A stretch of 64,000 bases of DNA from an uncultured Rikenellaceae bacterium (GCA_963696805.1 CAVOLF010000009.1:120-64119), one strand, 5' to 3'. Positions 43,710-54,232 are shown, counted from the stretch's first letter. Numbers and translations are program-made. The notes: generated by a model from the sequence alone, not told the origin.

Positions 43710-44840
43710 ATGGACCCAAAGAATCCTTTTCCGGTGGTCGGATATCATGGACCAAAGACGTTTTGCAACAGAGAGAAAGAAACAGAAAGGCTTTCGAAGA
43801 ATCTGATTGGCGGTTTGAACATAACCCTTATATCTCTTCGGAGAATGGGAAAAACCGCGCTGATTCATCATGTATTTGATGAAATATTAAGAGAAAAGCA
43901 ATCGTTTTGCCTGTATGTAGACCTCTATCCTACCCGAAGCATTAAGGACCTTACCAGGCAACTGGCGACAGCTTCTATGAATGTGCTCCCAAGGAAAAAG
44001 CGGACAGGCAATCGTTTTCTTTCGTTCCTTAAGGGATTAAGGCCGGTTATAACATATGATCCCCTTACCGGAGCTCCCGGGGTCAGGTTTGAATACTCCA
44101 ACCTTTCGGAATATGAGGTTACTCTCGCAGCTCTGCTGAAATTTCTGGATGAGGTCGGAACTGATGTCTATCTTGCTTTTGACGAATTCCAGGTAATAGC
44201 TTCGTACGAGGAGGGAAATGCGGAAGCCATTCTCCGGACCATGATTCAACCACTGGCCAATATTCATTTTATCTTCAGTGGAAGCAACAGGCATATGATG
44301 AATGAGATCTTTCACAGCTCAAAGAGACCGTTCTTTGCCAGTACAAGGATTATGAGCCTGCCGGTGATATCCACGGAAAGTTACGGCCGGTTTATTGCGG
44401 AGAAGTTTGCAGAAAATAAAAGAAAGATATCTCCGGAGGCGATTGCTTTTGTTCTCGACTGGACCCGCAGGCATACTTATTACACTCAGTCTGTATGTAA
44501 CACCCTGTTCAGTTATGGAGGCAGGGAGATTGATTTACAGTCTGCAAGAGCTGTCTGCGGGGAAATTCTTGAAGAGCAGGAGAAGACTTACCTACAGTAC
44601 CGCCATCTGCTCACTGCAAACCAGTGGCTGGTCCTTATGGCTGTGGCGAAGGAGGGCAAGGTTTACAGACCCCAGTCTGGGGAATTTCTTAGCAGATACT
44701 CCCTTGGCACGCCGGCCGGAACAAAGAGAGCGATTGAGGCGCTGCTGGTCAAGGAGATGATTTTTGAGGATAGTGACCATGGTGGCAAATACTATTCCGT
44801 GTATGACCTCTTTCTGTCAAGGTGGCTGGAGAGGCAGTAG
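43710..44840 (+). CDS. AAA+/archaeal-type ATPase (ATPase_2-like) with probable C-terminal winged helix
   Basis: NPF...F.NRE.E, ISLRRMGKT, LAFDEFQ, FIFSGS, Y..YDLFLSRWL; TATATTTG box at 43683-43690. Confidence 0.8.
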   Translation: MDPKNPFPVVGYHGPKTFCNREKETERLSKNLIGGLNITLISLRRMGKTALIHHVFDEILREKQSFCLYVDLYPTRSIKDLTRQLATASMNVLPRKKRTGNRFLSFLKGLRPVITYDPLTGAPGVRFEYSNLSEYEVTLAALLKFLDEVGTDVYLAFDEFQVIASYEEGNAEAILRTMIQPLANIHFIFSGSNRHMMNEIFHSSKRPFFASTRIMSLPVISTESYGRFIAEKFAENKRKISPEAIAFVLDWTRRHTYYTQSVCNTLFSYGGREIDLQSARAVCGEILEEQEKTYLQYRHLLTANQWLVLMAVAKEGKVYRPQSGEFLSRYSLGTPAGTKRAIEALLVKEMIFEDSDHGGKYYSVYDLFLSRWLERQ

Positions 44841-44904
44841 CTTCAGTCCACAGTCAATCAAAGATTTACTGACTGCCGACTGAAGACATTAAACAGTAGG
44901 TTAC

Positions 44905-45618
44905 CTAACGATGTCCGGTAATATGCCGGAATGTTTCCTCGAGGCGGGCGCCGGCGAGGGAGGAGATCTCATCAATGGGGCCGTCGGCAACAATATGGCC
45001 GTGGTCAATTATGATGACGCGGCTGCAGATGGCCTCCACCTCCTGCATGATATGGGTTGAGAGCATCACGGTCTTTTCACGGCCGGCCTCGGAGATGAGG
45101 TTGCGTATCTCCACTATCTGATTGGGGTCGAGGCCGGTGGTGGCTTCGTCGAGGATCAGCACCTGCGGGTCATGGATCAGCGCTTGCGCCAGTCCCACCC
45201 GCTGGCGGTATCCCTTGGAGAGGGCTCCTATCTTCTTGCCCTGCTCGGGAGTGAGCCCCGTGCGTTCAATGACAGAGTTCACGGCGTCGCGGCTCCTGTT
45301 GCCCATCCGGTACAGGTCAGCAACATATCCGAGATACTCCCGGACGTACATATCAGTGTAGAGTGGGTTGTTCTCAGGCAGGTAGCCTATAAGCCTTTTC
45401 ATCTCCGTGGCGTCCGGTCCGGCCGGGATGCCGCACACTGACACGCTGCCCGAGTCGGCGGAGAAGAAACCGGTGATGATCTTCATCATCGTCGACTTCC
45501 CGGCGCCGTTGGGGCCGATGAAACCGACTATCTCACCGGCAGGAATGGTGAATGAAACGTCGTCCAGGGCCTTTTGGTGGCCATAGCTCTTCGTTACGTT
45601 ACTGACTGTTACGGACAT
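44905..45618 (-). CDS. ABC transporter ATP-binding subunit, GldA-like
   Basis: GPNGAGKSTMMKI, GYLPENNPLY.DMYVREYL, LSKGYRQRVGLAQALIHDP, STHIMQEVEA. Confidence 0.85.
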   Translation of the reverse strand: MSVTVSNVTKSYGHQKALDDVSFTIPAGEIVGFIGPNGAGKSTMMKIITGFFSADSGSVSVCGIPAGPDATEMKRLIGYLPENNPLYTDMYVREYLGYVADLYRMGNRSRDAVNSVIERTGLTPEQGKKIGALSKGYRQRVGLAQALIHDPQVLILDEATTGLDPNQIVEIRNLISEAGREKTVMLSTHIMQEVEAICSRVIIIDHGHIVADGPIDEISSLAGARLEETFRHITGHR

Positions 45619-45623
45619 GAAGA

Positions 45624-45720
45624 ATTGTCGATTGTCGATTTGCGATTGTCGATTAGAATTGTCGATTGGCGATTGGCGATTATTTTTTTAATCGGAATTC
45701 GCAAATCGTAAATCGCAAAT
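45624..45720. repeat. Heptamer repeats followed by inverted copies (hairpin-forming)
   Basis: (ATTGTCG/ATTTGCG/ATTGGCG)n followed by (AATCGG/AAATCGT/AAATCGC)n. Confidence 0.7.
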
Positions 45721-45721
45721 T

Positions 45722-46564
45722 CTAACCATACATGAACTGTCCGAGGTTGGCAAACGCCGATGTCGGGTTCACGCAGCAGACAGGAATCTTTGAACTGTTG
45801 GCAATTATCTCCTGCTCCTTCGCACCTATGACGTAATCTGCAAATGTGATGTCCTTGGTGGTCATGATAAGGATAAGGTCGGCTTTCAGCTCCTGGGCGA
45901 TATCGATGGTCTTCTCAGCCAGCTCGTCTGAGGGCACTTCCTTGATGTCATACTCTATGTTGTTCTGTATGAGCATCCTTACCGTATAGTTCAGGTTCAG
46001 GTTGGCCTTCTTGGCCAGCGACTCATCCTTCCGGGTGGCCTTCAGGATATGGACCTTTGAATCAAAGTATTTGCCCATGAAGATAGCCATTGAGAGTTTC
46101 TCCTTCTCCTCTGCCCGCCAGTCGATGGGACAGACGATATTATGATATCTCTCCTGGTCAGCCGGAGGTGCCTGAACCACAATATAGGGGACCTTTGATT
46201 TGGCTATCACCTTAAGCGCCCAGCTGCCGGTGATCTTCTGCATGCCGCTCATGCCGTGGGTTCCCATCACCACCAGTGATGCGCCGCGGTCATTGACGAA
46301 CTCAGGTATCTGCTTGAAGATGGTGCCGCGCTGAACGTGCGTCTTGACCTTGACGCCGAAGTTGCGCTCAACCTCGTTTCCCTTTATGTTCATCGCTGCC
46401 TGCTTGGCCTTGATGCCACCCTCGGTGGTGATCTTCTCAACAATATGCAGCAGGCATACGTCATTGTGAGTCATGCGTGATATCTTGATGGCATGCTGCA
46501 ATGCATGATCCGTTACCGGAGTGAAATCCCATGGCACTACAATTATCTTGCTGTCGACTTCCAT
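45722..46564 (-). CDS. Universal stress protein (tandem UspA domains)
   Basis: IVVPWDF, LLHIV, LVVMGTHG, GSWA.KVI..S..P, ADLILIMT. Confidence 0.88.
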   Translation of the reverse strand: MEVDSKIIVVPWDFTPVTDHALQHAIKISRMTHNDVCLLHIVEKITTEGGIKAKQAAMNIKGNEVERNFGVKVKTHVQRGTIFKQIPEFVNDRGASLVVMGTHGMSGMQKITGSWALKVIAKSKVPYIVVQAPPADQERYHNIVCPIDWRAEEKEKLSMAIFMGKYFDSKVHILKATRKDESLAKKANLNLNYTVRMLIQNNIEYDIKEVPSDELAEKTIDIAQELKADLILIMTTKDITFADYVIGAKEQEIIANSSKIPVCCVNPTSAFANLGQFMYG

Positions 46565-46675
46565 AATGTTCGCGTTTTCAGTTTGAAAGGTAAAATTACC
46601 CTTTTTCGGTGATAATTCAAAAACGTAATCCTCCTATGAGAAACGCTGTTGCCACAGGAAAAATTGCTTTTGTGC

Positions 46676-46690
46676 ACAAAAACAATGCCA
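46676..46690 (-). promoter_or_regulatory. Possible sigma54 (-24/-12) promoter upstream of the USP gene
   Basis: TGGCATTGTTTTTGT, close to the TGGCAC-N5-TTGC consensus. Confidence 0.4.
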
Positions 46691-46759
46691 TTTGTTAACT
46701 GTCCGTTACGGCAAGAGGAACAAAATGCTATTTTTGTGAGCGTAATGCTTTGATTATAT

Positions 46760-48148
46760 ATGAAGAGGATAAGAGTAAAGGAGCTGCTGGCAAATCCGGG
46801 GACCGGGGAGAAGGTGCTTGTAAAGGGATGGGTCAGGACAAAGAGAGAGATCAAGAATGTGGCATTTGTTGCCCTCAATGACGGTTCAACCATAAACAAC
46901 ATACAGATAGTCATTGACCTGAGCGCTTTCCCGGCGGATCTCCTGAAGGATATAACCACCGGTGCCAGCATAGGGGTGACAGGCACACTGGAGCCGTCGC
47001 AGGGTAAGGGACAGAGTGTTGAGATTCTTGCTGCGGACCTGACTCTCTACGGCAAGTGTGATCCCGACAGCTATCCTCTTCAGAAGAAGGGACATTCGAT
47101 GGAGTTCCTGAGGGAGATTGCGCATCTTCGTTTCCGCACCAACACATTCGGGGCGGTGATGCGCATAAGGCATGCCATGGCTTTTGCCATACACAAGTAT
47201 TACAATGACAGGGGATTCTTTTACCTGCATACTCCTATCATCACCGGCAGCGATGCCGAGGGGGCAGGCGAGATGTTCCACGTCACCACCCTCGACCTGA
47301 ATGATCCGCCCCGTACAAAGGAGGGAGCCGTTGATTATGAAGCCGACTTCTTCGGCAAGCCGACCAACCTGACGGTGAGCGGTCAGCTGGAAGGCGAGCT
47401 GGGCGCCCTGGCACTGGGTGAGATCTATACCTTCGGCCCCACCTTCCGTGCCGAGAACTCAAACACACCGCGTCACCTTGCGGAGTTCTGGATGATTGAG
47501 CCGGAGATGGCATTCTGGGACCTGAATGACAACATGGACCTGGCCGAGGATTTCCTCAAGTATCTTATAAAATATGCCCTTGACAACTGCAGGGAGGATC
47601 TGGATTTCCTCAACAAGATGATTGACAACGGCCTCATTGAGCGGCTGGAGTTAGTCCTCGCCAATGAATTCGTGAGGCTGCCCTACACGGAGGCAATAAA
47701 GATCCTCGAGGCTGCCGACCGCAAGTGGGAGTATGCAGTGGGCTGGGGGCGCGATCTTCAGGCAGAGCATGAGCGTTATCTTGTAGAGACTCACTTCAAA
47801 CGTCCTGTCATACTCACCGACTACCCCAAAGCCATCAAGGCCTTTTATATGAAGCAGAATGACGACGGCATGACTGTCAGGGCCATGGATGTGCTCTTCC
47901 CGGGGATAGGAGAGATCATAGGGGGTTCACAGAGGGAGGAGGAGCTCGATAAGCTGACGGCGAGGATTGAGGAGCTTAACCTGCCTGTGAAGGATCTCTG
48001 GTGGTACCTTGACACGAGGAGGTTCGGCACGGCGCCACACTCGGGCTTTGGCCTCGGGTTTGAACGCATGATCCTGTTCATGACAGGTATGTCAAACATA
48101 CGTGATGTGATCCCGTTCCCGCGCACCCCACGTAATGCGGAGTTTTAA
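46760..48148 (+). CDS. asnS: Asparagine--tRNA ligase
   Basis: [62 protein letters not shown]. Confidence 0.97.
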   Translation: MKRIRVKELLANPGTGEKVLVKGWVRTKREIKNVAFVALNDGSTINNIQIVIDLSAFPADLLKDITTGASIGVTGTLEPSQGKGQSVEILAADLTLYGKCDPDSYPLQKKGHSMEFLREIAHLRFRTNTFGAVMRIRHAMAFAIHKYYNDRGFFYLHTPIITGSDAEGAGEMFHVTTLDLNDPPRTKEGAVDYEADFFGKPTNLTVSGQLEGELGALALGEIYTFGPTFRAENSNTPRHLAEFWMIEPEMAFWDLNDNMDLAEDFLKYLIKYALDNCREDLDFLNKMIDNGLIERLELVLANEFVRLPYTEAIKILEAADRKWEYAVGWGRDLQAEHERYLVETHFKRPVILTDYPKAIKAFYMKQNDDGMTVRAMDVLFPGIGEIIGGSQREEELDKLTARIEELNLPVKDLWWYLDTRRFGTAPHSGFGLGFERMILFMTGMSNIRDVIPFPRTPRNAEF

Positions 48149-48168
48149 CCCACTGAACGGCAGGCGGT

Positions 48169-49629
48169 ATGCTCGACCAGAAACTACAGCAGAAACTGCT
48201 CCAGAAGCTTTCGCCGCAGCAGATCCAGATGATCAAGCTGCTGGAGGTGCCTGCCATGCAGCTGGAGCAGCGAATCAAGAAGGAGCTGGAGGAGAACCCC
48301 GCCCTGGAAGAGGGTCCTGATGAGGACGATGTACAGGGAGAGGAGGAGGAGGATGTCGACTTTGAACAGGAGGAGCGCGACCAGGAAGAGTTTGCCCTTG
48401 ATGATTACCTCAATGATGAGGATATCCCCGACTACCGCCTCCAGGTAAATAACACCTCCAAAGATGAGGACAGGAGGGATGAGATACCCTACGCCTCGGG
48501 TTCATCATTCCATGAGAACCTTATCTCCCAGTTCAACCTCAGATCAGACACAGAGAGGGAGGATATCCTGGGTGAATACATTATAGGTAACATCGATGAT
48601 GACGGCTATCTGCGGCGTGAGGTTGAGAACATGGTTGACGACCTCGCTTTCCTGCAAAACATAACCACAGACACAGATGAGCTCAACGCGATACTGAAGA
48701 TCATACAGGACCTTGAGCCGGCCGGAGTGGGTGCCCGTGACCTCCGTGAGTGCCTGCTGCTGCAGATGGAGCGAAAGGACCCGTCGGCAGGTTACGTGGC
48801 CCTGGCAAAAACCGTGCTGAGTGATTACTTCGAAGAGTTTTCGAGGAGGCATTATGAAAAGATAATGTCTAAGCTGATGATCACCGAAGAGGATATGAAG
48901 GGGATCATTGACGAGGTACTGAAGCTCAATCCCAAGCCGGGCGGCGCCGTCAGCGACCCCTACAGCAAGTCGGCCCAGCATATCATACCTGACTTTATCC
49001 TTGAGCAATCGGATATCGGGTTCGAGCTGAGCCTGAACAACCGAAACATACCGGAACTGAAGGTCAGCCGGGGTTACAGTGAGATGCTCGAGTCATACAG
49101 CCGTGACAAGGCGGCAGGAAAGCAGAACCGTGACGCGATCATGTTCGTGAAGCAGAAGCTCGATTCCGCCAAATGGTTCATCGATGCCATCAGGCAACGG
49201 CAGAACACCCTCCTGCTGACCATGAATGCCATCCTGGAATACCAGAAGGAGTATTTCATAGAGGGAGATGACACCAGGCTCAGACCGATGATACTCAAGG
49301 ATGTGGCAGAGATGACCGGGCTTGACATCTCCACCGTTTCGCGCGTCGCCAACAGTAAGTATATACAGACCCACTTTGGCATCTATCCTCTGAAGTTCTT
49401 CTTCTCCGAGGGCATGCAGACCGATGCCGGCGATGAGGTATCGACACGCGAGATTAAGAGGATACTTCAGGAGTGCCTCAGCAATGAGGACAAGCGGCGG
49501 CCGCTGACAGACGAGAAACTGACCGAGATACTTCAGGAGAAGGGATACCTGATAGCGCGACGCACAGTCGCCAAGTACCGTGAACAGCTGAATATTCCCG
49601 TAGCAAGGATGAGGAAGGAGATAAAATGA
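48169..49629 (+). CDS. rpoN: RNA polymerase sigma-54 factor
   Basis: Q-rich N-terminus, GVGARDLRECL, DISTVSRV, RpoN box ARRTVAKYRE. Confidence 0.97.
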   Translation: MLDQKLQQKLLQKLSPQQIQMIKLLEVPAMQLEQRIKKELEENPALEEGPDEDDVQGEEEEDVDFEQEERDQEEFALDDYLNDEDIPDYRLQVNNTSKDEDRRDEIPYASGSSFHENLISQFNLRSDTEREDILGEYIIGNIDDDGYLRREVENMVDDLAFLQNITTDTDELNAILKIIQDLEPAGVGARDLRECLLLQMERKDPSAGYVALAKTVLSDYFEEFSRRHYEKIMSKLMITEEDMKGIIDEVLKLNPKPGGAVSDPYSKSAQHIIPDFILEQSDIGFELSLNNRNIPELKVSRGYSEMLESYSRDKAAGKQNRDAIMFVKQKLDSAKWFIDAIRQRQNTLLLTMNAILEYQKEYFIEGDDTRLRPMILKDVAEMTGLDISTVSRVANSKYIQTHFGIYPLKFFFSEGMQTDAGDEVSTREIKRILQECLSNEDKRRPLTDEKLTEILQEKGYLIARRTVAKYREQLNIPVARMRKEIK

Positions 49630-50261
49630 ACCAGACAGAAAAGGGCTGGATGACGAAAACGGCAGGGGTACTTTCAGTGCTATTCCATCCGTTGTTCATC
49701 CCGCTGTACGGTTTGCTGATCATATACAGCTCTCCCACCCTCCTCTCCTTCATCCCATCGAGGCTGAAGATGCTGATTTTTGTGCTGGTGATGACCAACA
49801 ACGTCCTCCTCCCCCTGTCGCTGGCAGCCATCCTCTGGGTCCGGGGCGCAATAACCACATTCAATGCCCGTGACCGCAATGAGAGGGTAATACTGCTGTC
49901 CTTCGCCCTGATGATGTATACCCTGACCGCCTGGCTTCTTCTCAGGATGCAGGTGCCGAACCTCTTCAGGGCCTACTTCATTTCAATAGCCGTCGTCACT
50001 CTCATCACCCTTCTCATCACCACCTTCTACCGGCTGTCACTTCATGCTGCCGGCATTGGAGGACTGCTGGTTCTAATAATATTCATGGTTGTGATCTATG
50101 ATATCAATACGGTTTGGCAGCTGACCACGGTGGTCGTTGTCGGCGGTGCGGTGATGTCGGCCAGGATATGGCTGGGTTATCATACCCCGTCAGAGGTGTG
50201 GACAGGACTGCTGGCCGGGGCAGCGGTGATGGCGCTGTCACTCTTTTTCCTGCTCAAGTAG
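49626..50261 (+). CDS. PAP2-like multi-pass membrane protein
   Basis: SVLFHPLFIP, RLSLHAAG, SARIWLGYHT..EV..G; six hydrophobic segments. Confidence 0.6.
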   Translation: MNQTEKGWMTKTAGVLSVLFHPLFIPLYGLLIIYSSPTLLSFIPSRLKMLIFVLVMTNNVLLPLSLAAILWVRGAITTFNARDRNERVILLSFALMMYTLTAWLLLRMQVPNLFRAYFISIAVVTLITLLITTFYRLSLHAAGIGGLLVLIIFMVVIYDINTVWQLTTVVVVGGAVMSARIWLGYHTPSEVWTGLLAGAAVMALSLFFLLK

Positions 50262-50315
50262 AAGATTTACTGTTTGCTCAAACAGGCCGGTTCCGTGAGA
50301 TAACTGCGGTGCAGA

Positions 50316-50476
50316 ATTCCCGACTGGTGGAACAGTGTCAGGCAACTGCTGGCAAGCATTCCCGACTGCCGAAATCAGTGTCAGGCGGCTGCTGGCAAGC
50401 ATTCCCGACTGCCGAAATCAGTGTCAGGCGGCTGCTGGCAAGCATTCCCGACTGCCGAAACAGTGTCAGGCAACTG
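50316..50476. repeat. 43-bp tandem repeat, ~3.5 copies, overlapping the glycosyltransferase 3' end
   Basis: CAGTGTCAGGC..CTGCTGGCAAGCATTCCCGACTGCCGAAA(T) at 50333, 50376, 50419, with a partial copy at 50461. Confidence 0.9.
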
Positions 50477-51508
50477 AGACGGAGGATCCGTGTCATTAAC
50501 CATGAAACCTTCAGCCAGCTTGCGCAGGCTTTCGACTTTTTGCTGCTCAAGGGTTATGAAACCGTGATGTCCGTTGAGATACTCACCCAGGTACTCCTGT
50601 TCCGGCTGCCCGGGCGTTGGTATCAGCACCGCACCTTTCCCCAGTGATACCAGTTCCATAACGGAGGTGTACCCTGCCCTGGTGATGACCAGCGAGCTGC
50701 CTTCAATAAGCTGCCGCATAGTGCCGGAGCCTGGCCTGACGATGCAGGTCAGGAACGGATCGTCTCCGGGAATTATCTTCACCGGGGCTGTGCTCAGCAC
50801 GCAGAGCTGAATGCCGCGGAGCGCCGCGGAAACCTCTTCAAGCAACATGGTACGCTGCGGCTCCGGGCCTGAGAGGATTAGGCAGCAGTATGGGTGACGA
50901 AGGGTGATTCCCGCTTCCGGAGGTGAAGCCATCACGAACCTTGAAAGAGGTCCCATATAGTGAACATTTACCGGAAGCTTCAGTCCGTGCGAAAGTCTTC
51001 CCGACAGGTTCACCGGTCCCGGGTAGTCAGGCACCAGGCAGAGGTCGTACCTGCTGATGATCATCCGGTGGAGCCACGCGGCAAAAGGCTCCATGAACCG
51101 CAGCGGCCACGGGAAAGGAATACGCAACTGGTGTGTGACATAGACTGAAAAGATGCTGTGATGAAAAAAACCGAAACGGTTATCGGATATGATGACAGAG
51201 GGGTTAATCTCCCCCGCGATCCTTTTGAGAGCGAAGTGCTCACGGAAGGCAGAGATGACCACCACAGGCAGCTGCATGAAGATGCATAGATACTGAGGGA
51301 GTAAGCGGGAATACCTGATGTGCATTCCGGGTATTTCAACCAGCCTGATACCGGGCAGCTCATGTTCCAGGAGCGGCAGGAGCTGTGCGTCTGCCCCGAA
51401 GATAACTTCGTTGCCTCTCTTTTTCAGTTCCAGGGCCAGGGGTATCATCCGTCCGGCATGGCCGAAGCCCCAGTTCAGAGGGCTGATGAGTATCGTCCTG
51501 CCGCTCAT
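50381..51508 (-). CDS. Glycosyltransferase, GT28/MurG-like C-terminal domain
   Basis: PLNWGFGHAGR, IISDNRFG, SGPEPQR, ITRAGYTSVMEL, IPTPGQPEQEYL. Confidence 0.82.
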   Translation of the reverse strand: MSGRTILISPLNWGFGHAGRMIPLALELKKRGNEVIFGADAQLLPLLEHELPGIRLVEIPGMHIRYSRLLPQYLCIFMQLPVVVISAFREHFALKRIAGEINPSVIISDNRFGFFHHSIFSVYVTHQLRIPFPWPLRFMEPFAAWLHRMIISRYDLCLVPDYPGPVNLSGRLSHGLKLPVNVHYMGPLSRFVMASPPEAGITLRHPYCCLILSGPEPQRTMLLEEVSAALRGIQLCVLSTAPVKIIPGDDPFLTCIVRPGSGTMRQLIEGSSLVITRAGYTSVMELVSLGKGAVLIPTPGQPEQEYLGEYLNGHHGFITLEQQKVESLRKLAEGFMVNDTDPPSQLPDTVSAVGNACQQPPDTDFGSRECLPAAA

Positions 51509-51513
51509 GACGG

Positions 51514-52296
51514 TTATCCTGACACGGATGTGCTGATCCCCAGCGCCTGCACCCTTGCTGCAATGGCCCTGAGCTCTGCCTCGGGCACCTTCTTCAGGTT
51601 GTTGCCCAGGGGTGTATCGCGGTCGATGGTATAGATCATGACCGACTGCGGCCTGAGACGGCTGACGGCCTCAAGCCAGGCCTCAAGCTCTTCGGGAGTG
51701 GTGTTGTCAACAGGCTGCCCATTGCATTCACCTCTCACAAAGAGGGTCTGAATGATGAACTTACCCTCAAAATCATTTACATAGTGTTCGAACTGTGCCA
51801 GGGAGACCTTGCCACGAGGCTGGTTGAGTCTCCTTACAGTATCGGAAATGGCAGAATCGAGCTTCAGGATGTTCATGTCGACCCTCTTCAGCGCCTCGCG
51901 TACGCTCCTGCGGCGCAGCGTGGATCCGTTGGAGAGCACTGACACCTTTGCTTCAGGGAAAAATTCATTGCGCAGGGCGACGGAGTCATCAATGATGGCA
52001 GCAAAATCAGGGTGCAGTGCAGGCTCTCCGTTACCGGCGTAGGTTATGACATCAGGAGCCTTGCCCTGCTCCTTCATCTCTGACAGTTTCATTCTCAGGG
52101 CCTCATACACTGCTGACCGGGAGGGCATGGAGGCTGATCTGACGCTGGCTGCGGAGGTCCATCCGCATTCGCAGTAGATGCAGTTGTAGGAGCATACCTT
52201 GCGGCTGACAGGCAGGAGGTTGATGCCCAGCGATACCCCAAGCCTGCGGCTTCGTACCGGTCCGAAGACTATGCTGTCAAAGAGGAATGTTGGCAT
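51514..52296 (-). CDS. Radical SAM protein (no SPASM domain)
   Basis: FGPVRSRRLGVSLGINL, CSYNCIYC motif, GNGEP, LKLDS. Confidence 0.85.
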   Translation of the reverse strand: MPTFLFDSIVFGPVRSRRLGVSLGINLLPVSRKVCSYNCIYCECGWTSAASVRSASMPSRSAVYEALRMKLSEMKEQGKAPDVITYAGNGEPALHPDFAAIIDDSVALRNEFFPEAKVSVLSNGSTLRRRSVREALKRVDMNILKLDSAISDTVRRLNQPRGKVSLAQFEHYVNDFEGKFIIQTLFVRGECNGQPVDNTTPEELEAWLEAVSRLRPQSVMIYTIDRDTPLGNNLKKVPEAELRAIAARVQALGISTSVSG

Positions 52297-52321
52297 TGAG
52301 ATCCGGGTTGAGTCTTCAAAT

Positions 52322-53446
52322 TTACAATAATCTGCGTACCCGGCTCACGGGCAGCAGGCGAAGGTTGACCAGATCAGCATTCTCAATGAGAAGGAGACCC
52401 GGTTTTTTGCCCGGTTCTATTGATCCGAGAGTGTCTGACATCTTCAGTGCCCTGGCACCGTTGATGGTCCCCCACCTGATGACCTCATCAAGCGGAATGC
52501 CGGGTGCTGCATCATGGAGCAGCCTCAGCTCGGTCAGCATTTCAAGGCGGTCATTGGAAGCGAGGCTGTCAGTGCCTGCAACGATCCGGTCAGTCACCTT
52601 GCGGAGAAGCGTCACCGGTGGCATGGCTCCTGTAATGTGCAGGTTCGACGACGGGCAGAGACAGAACCATGTGTTTCCTTCCGCAGCCAGGCTCTCAGCC
52701 TCTGCCCGTGTTATCACGGTGTTGTGGACGAGAATGAGATGCGACGTCAGGCGTGAAAGCTCAAGGGCTGTCTCAATATGATCAGGCGTCATCTTACGCT
52801 CATCGTCCGACTCGAGGAAGTGAAGCGATATGACTGATCCGGGAGTGATATGTTCACGTACCAGGGTGAAGAGGTGATCCGACATTGAATAGACGGCATG
52901 GGGAGTAATATATGCCGGCAGTCGTGATTCCCTGGCAGCCTCAGCTACCTTGAGTGCCCCGCTCATACGGGCACCGGCCTGAAGGGGGTCTGTTCCAAAG
53001 ACTTCGATAAAGGTAAGGTAACGAACAGAGCTCCTGCTCTTTACGTCAAATGAAACGGATTCATTGCTTATATCGCCGCAAGCCACAACACCTCCGTCAT
53101 ACATCTCCATATCGGCCCTCACCGCTGCGGCTTCGATCTCAGCTGCTGCCTCTATCTCCCCGCGCCCGGCCCCTCGCCGTTCACGCATATAAGAAATAAA
53201 CCCTGTAAGTCCTTCTCCCCTCGGAACAGTGTTGCGCATGTATGAGAGCTCGAGGTGCGAGTGGCAGTTGACCAGCCCGGGAATTATGATGCCGTTGTAG
53301 AATTCTGTTCGGGCGCTCTCCTTCAGTTCACCACCAGTATCTTCAACTTCAACAATGGTTCCGTCGTCCGCGGCAGTAACAACAGCTCTCCTGAGAGGCT
53401 TGCCGACCGTGGTGAAGACATATTGAGCAGAGATCCTTCTCATTAT
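52322..53446 (-). CDS. Amidohydrolase family metal-dependent deaminase
   Basis: PGLVNCHSHLELS, PHAVYS, HFLES, LCPSSN, GTDSLASN, GSIEPGK. Confidence 0.85.
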   Translation of the reverse strand: MMRRISAQYVFTTVGKPLRRAVVTAADDGTIVEVEDTGGELKESARTEFYNGIIIPGLVNCHSHLELSYMRNTVPRGEGLTGFISYMRERRGAGRGEIEAAAEIEAAAVRADMEMYDGGVVACGDISNESVSFDVKSRSSVRYLTFIEVFGTDPLQAGARMSGALKVAEAARESRLPAYITPHAVYSMSDHLFTLVREHITPGSVISLHFLESDDERKMTPDHIETALELSRLTSHLILVHNTVITRAEAESLAAEGNTWFCLCPSSNLHITGAMPPVTLLRKVTDRIVAGTDSLASNDRLEMLTELRLLHDAAPGIPLDEVIRWGTINGARALKMSDTLGSIEPGKKPGLLLIENADLVNLRLLPVSRVRRLL

Positions 53447-54232
53447 CACTGCTTCGACGGGACCGTGTCAACCCGCAGGCTGATGTTGGCTATACGTGCA
53501 TGTTTTTCCCATCGCCCCGGCTGATTGTCGTGGTTCAGGAGCCAGCCCCTGAGGCGTGTGTTCCTGATGGTGTCAAGCACATGACTTATGGTCACACTCT
53601 GAAACTGTCCGTCTTTGCTCAGGGTAAACTCATCCCAGTAATCCCGTTTTTCGACCCCGGCGCTGTCGGTATAACTGAAGAAGACCGTCACTCTCGGGTA
53701 ATGGCTTTGATCATCTTCGAAGAGACGGATGTCTGCTGACAGAACATATACAGCCTGTCTTTTCTGCCGGCATATCAAACCATACCGGATCACGGGTGAA
53801 ATCCTCAGGGAAGCTGTAGCTTGCCTTTCCGGTCCACAGGTTCTCATCTGCTGTGGTTTCGGAGGATCCCTGCCCTATCATTATCATGGTCTCCATCTCC
53901 AGCAGGTTGCCGGTGACCCGGTCATAGATCCTTGCCAGTTTCTTTGGCTTATCGGTAAAATAGTACCTCATTGTTGCATTAAGCTGTCCGAGGGTGTAAC
54001 CGTGGCTGCTGATGACATCGGTATAGTTCACTATTGAGTCGCGCTGGGCCCATGTATCCCTCATCCGGGTGAGGTCCATCATGCCTGTGGTGAGGTAGGT
54101 GTCAGTGAGTATGGCCACCAGCTTATCATCGGGAATGAGCATCTTCCTGCCGGGCTTGTTACCGCCCTGATTGCCGCATGATGAGAGTACCAGTACCATG
54201 GTGGCGACTGTCATTAATATCCTTGTACTCAT
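53446..54232 (-). CDS. DUF4296-like lipoprotein, frameshifted near 53750
   Basis: Lipobox LSSC; LIP.DKLVAILTD.YL...MRYY..KP.....IYDRV; continues in ORF 53446..53847. Confidence 0.6.

Noticed and set aside
44905-45618. Evidence of gliding motility from the gldA-like gene and SprB-like repeats
   Set aside because: No gldF/G or other motility genes are in the window, and such homologues occur in non-gliding Bacteroidales.
50316-50476. CRISPR array
   Set aside because: Head-to-tail repeats with no unique spacers; the same applies to 59189-59340.
51514-52296. Radical SAM enzyme as the peptide maturase
   Set aside because: Only 260 aa, with no SPASM/twitch cysteines or RRE, and embedded in the rbfA-linked gene run.
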